Source of the DNA: Octopus bimaculoides
Lineage: Eukaryota
Assembly: GCF_001194135.2 (NCBI RefSeq)
Contig: NC_068998.1
Location: 15,898,720 to 15,962,719, forward strand
Direction of reading: 5' to 3'
DNA: 64,000 nucleotides
Position 1 is the first letter of the stretch; every line of letters begins with the position of its first letter. The position numbers were made by a program, and so were the translations under genes. The notes beneath the pieces are model-generated. The model was not told the origin of the DNA and searched no databases. It was given only the letters and a program-made list of their open reading frames with translations. Shown in pieces: positions 1-64,000 of this stretch.

Positions 1-240
1 CACCCACTACACTCTCTGAGTGGTTGGCATTAGGAAGGGCATCCAACTGTAGAAACTCTGCCAAATCAGATTGGAGCCTGGTGGAGCCTTCGGGCTCCAC
101 CAGTCCGCAGTCAAATCGTCCAACCCATGCTAGCATGGAAAGCGGACGTTAAATGATGATGATGATGATGATATTTAACAGAACACTATTTCATTCTACA
201 GATATCTAATATAAAACTAATTCCTTTGTTTCTATTGCAG

Positions 241-63743
<63,503 letters not shown>

Positions 63744-63915
63744 GTATGCTTAATTGCTGTTTGTTTCTATTGGTTCATTGTAATGTCATGTGATCATTTA
63801 CAAAGCAAAACAACATGCATTCTTATACAAAATACTACACACACACATATATGCAAGTATTTATATATATGTGTGTGTGTGTAGATGTATATATATGTAT
63901 ATATGTATAGATATG

Positions 63916-64000
<85 letters not shown>

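Overview
AT-rich, microsatellite-rich eukaryotic genomic DNA with many N gaps. The SINE families and the (TA)n/(CA)n/(GAT)n load look like an octopod cephalopod (Octopus-type draft assembly); this is my recollection, not a search result. One gene spans the whole window on the + strand: VWA8 (KIAA0564-type AAA+ ATPase with a C-terminal von Willebrand A domain), partial at both ends. I traced 34 exons by hand with consistent splice phases. One more exon must be hidden in an N gap, a second probably is, and one intron has a GC donor. The introns hold several tRNA-derived SINE families with interchangeable 3' modules, Tc1/mariner, CR1-type LINE, RTE-like and Penelope-like remnants, MITEs, DINE-1/HINE-like elements and a possible solo LTR. 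The most notable observation is two type I hammerhead ribozyme folds with complete catalytic cores on the - strand (52313-52210 and 62724-62654). A third repeat family carries a core-mutated hammerhead-like motif, and its two copies with a readable core lie on the sense strand. Almost all ORFs in the supplied track are spurious (microsatellite or N-gap read-through). Repeat boundaries are approximate unless a target-site duplication (TSD) is given.
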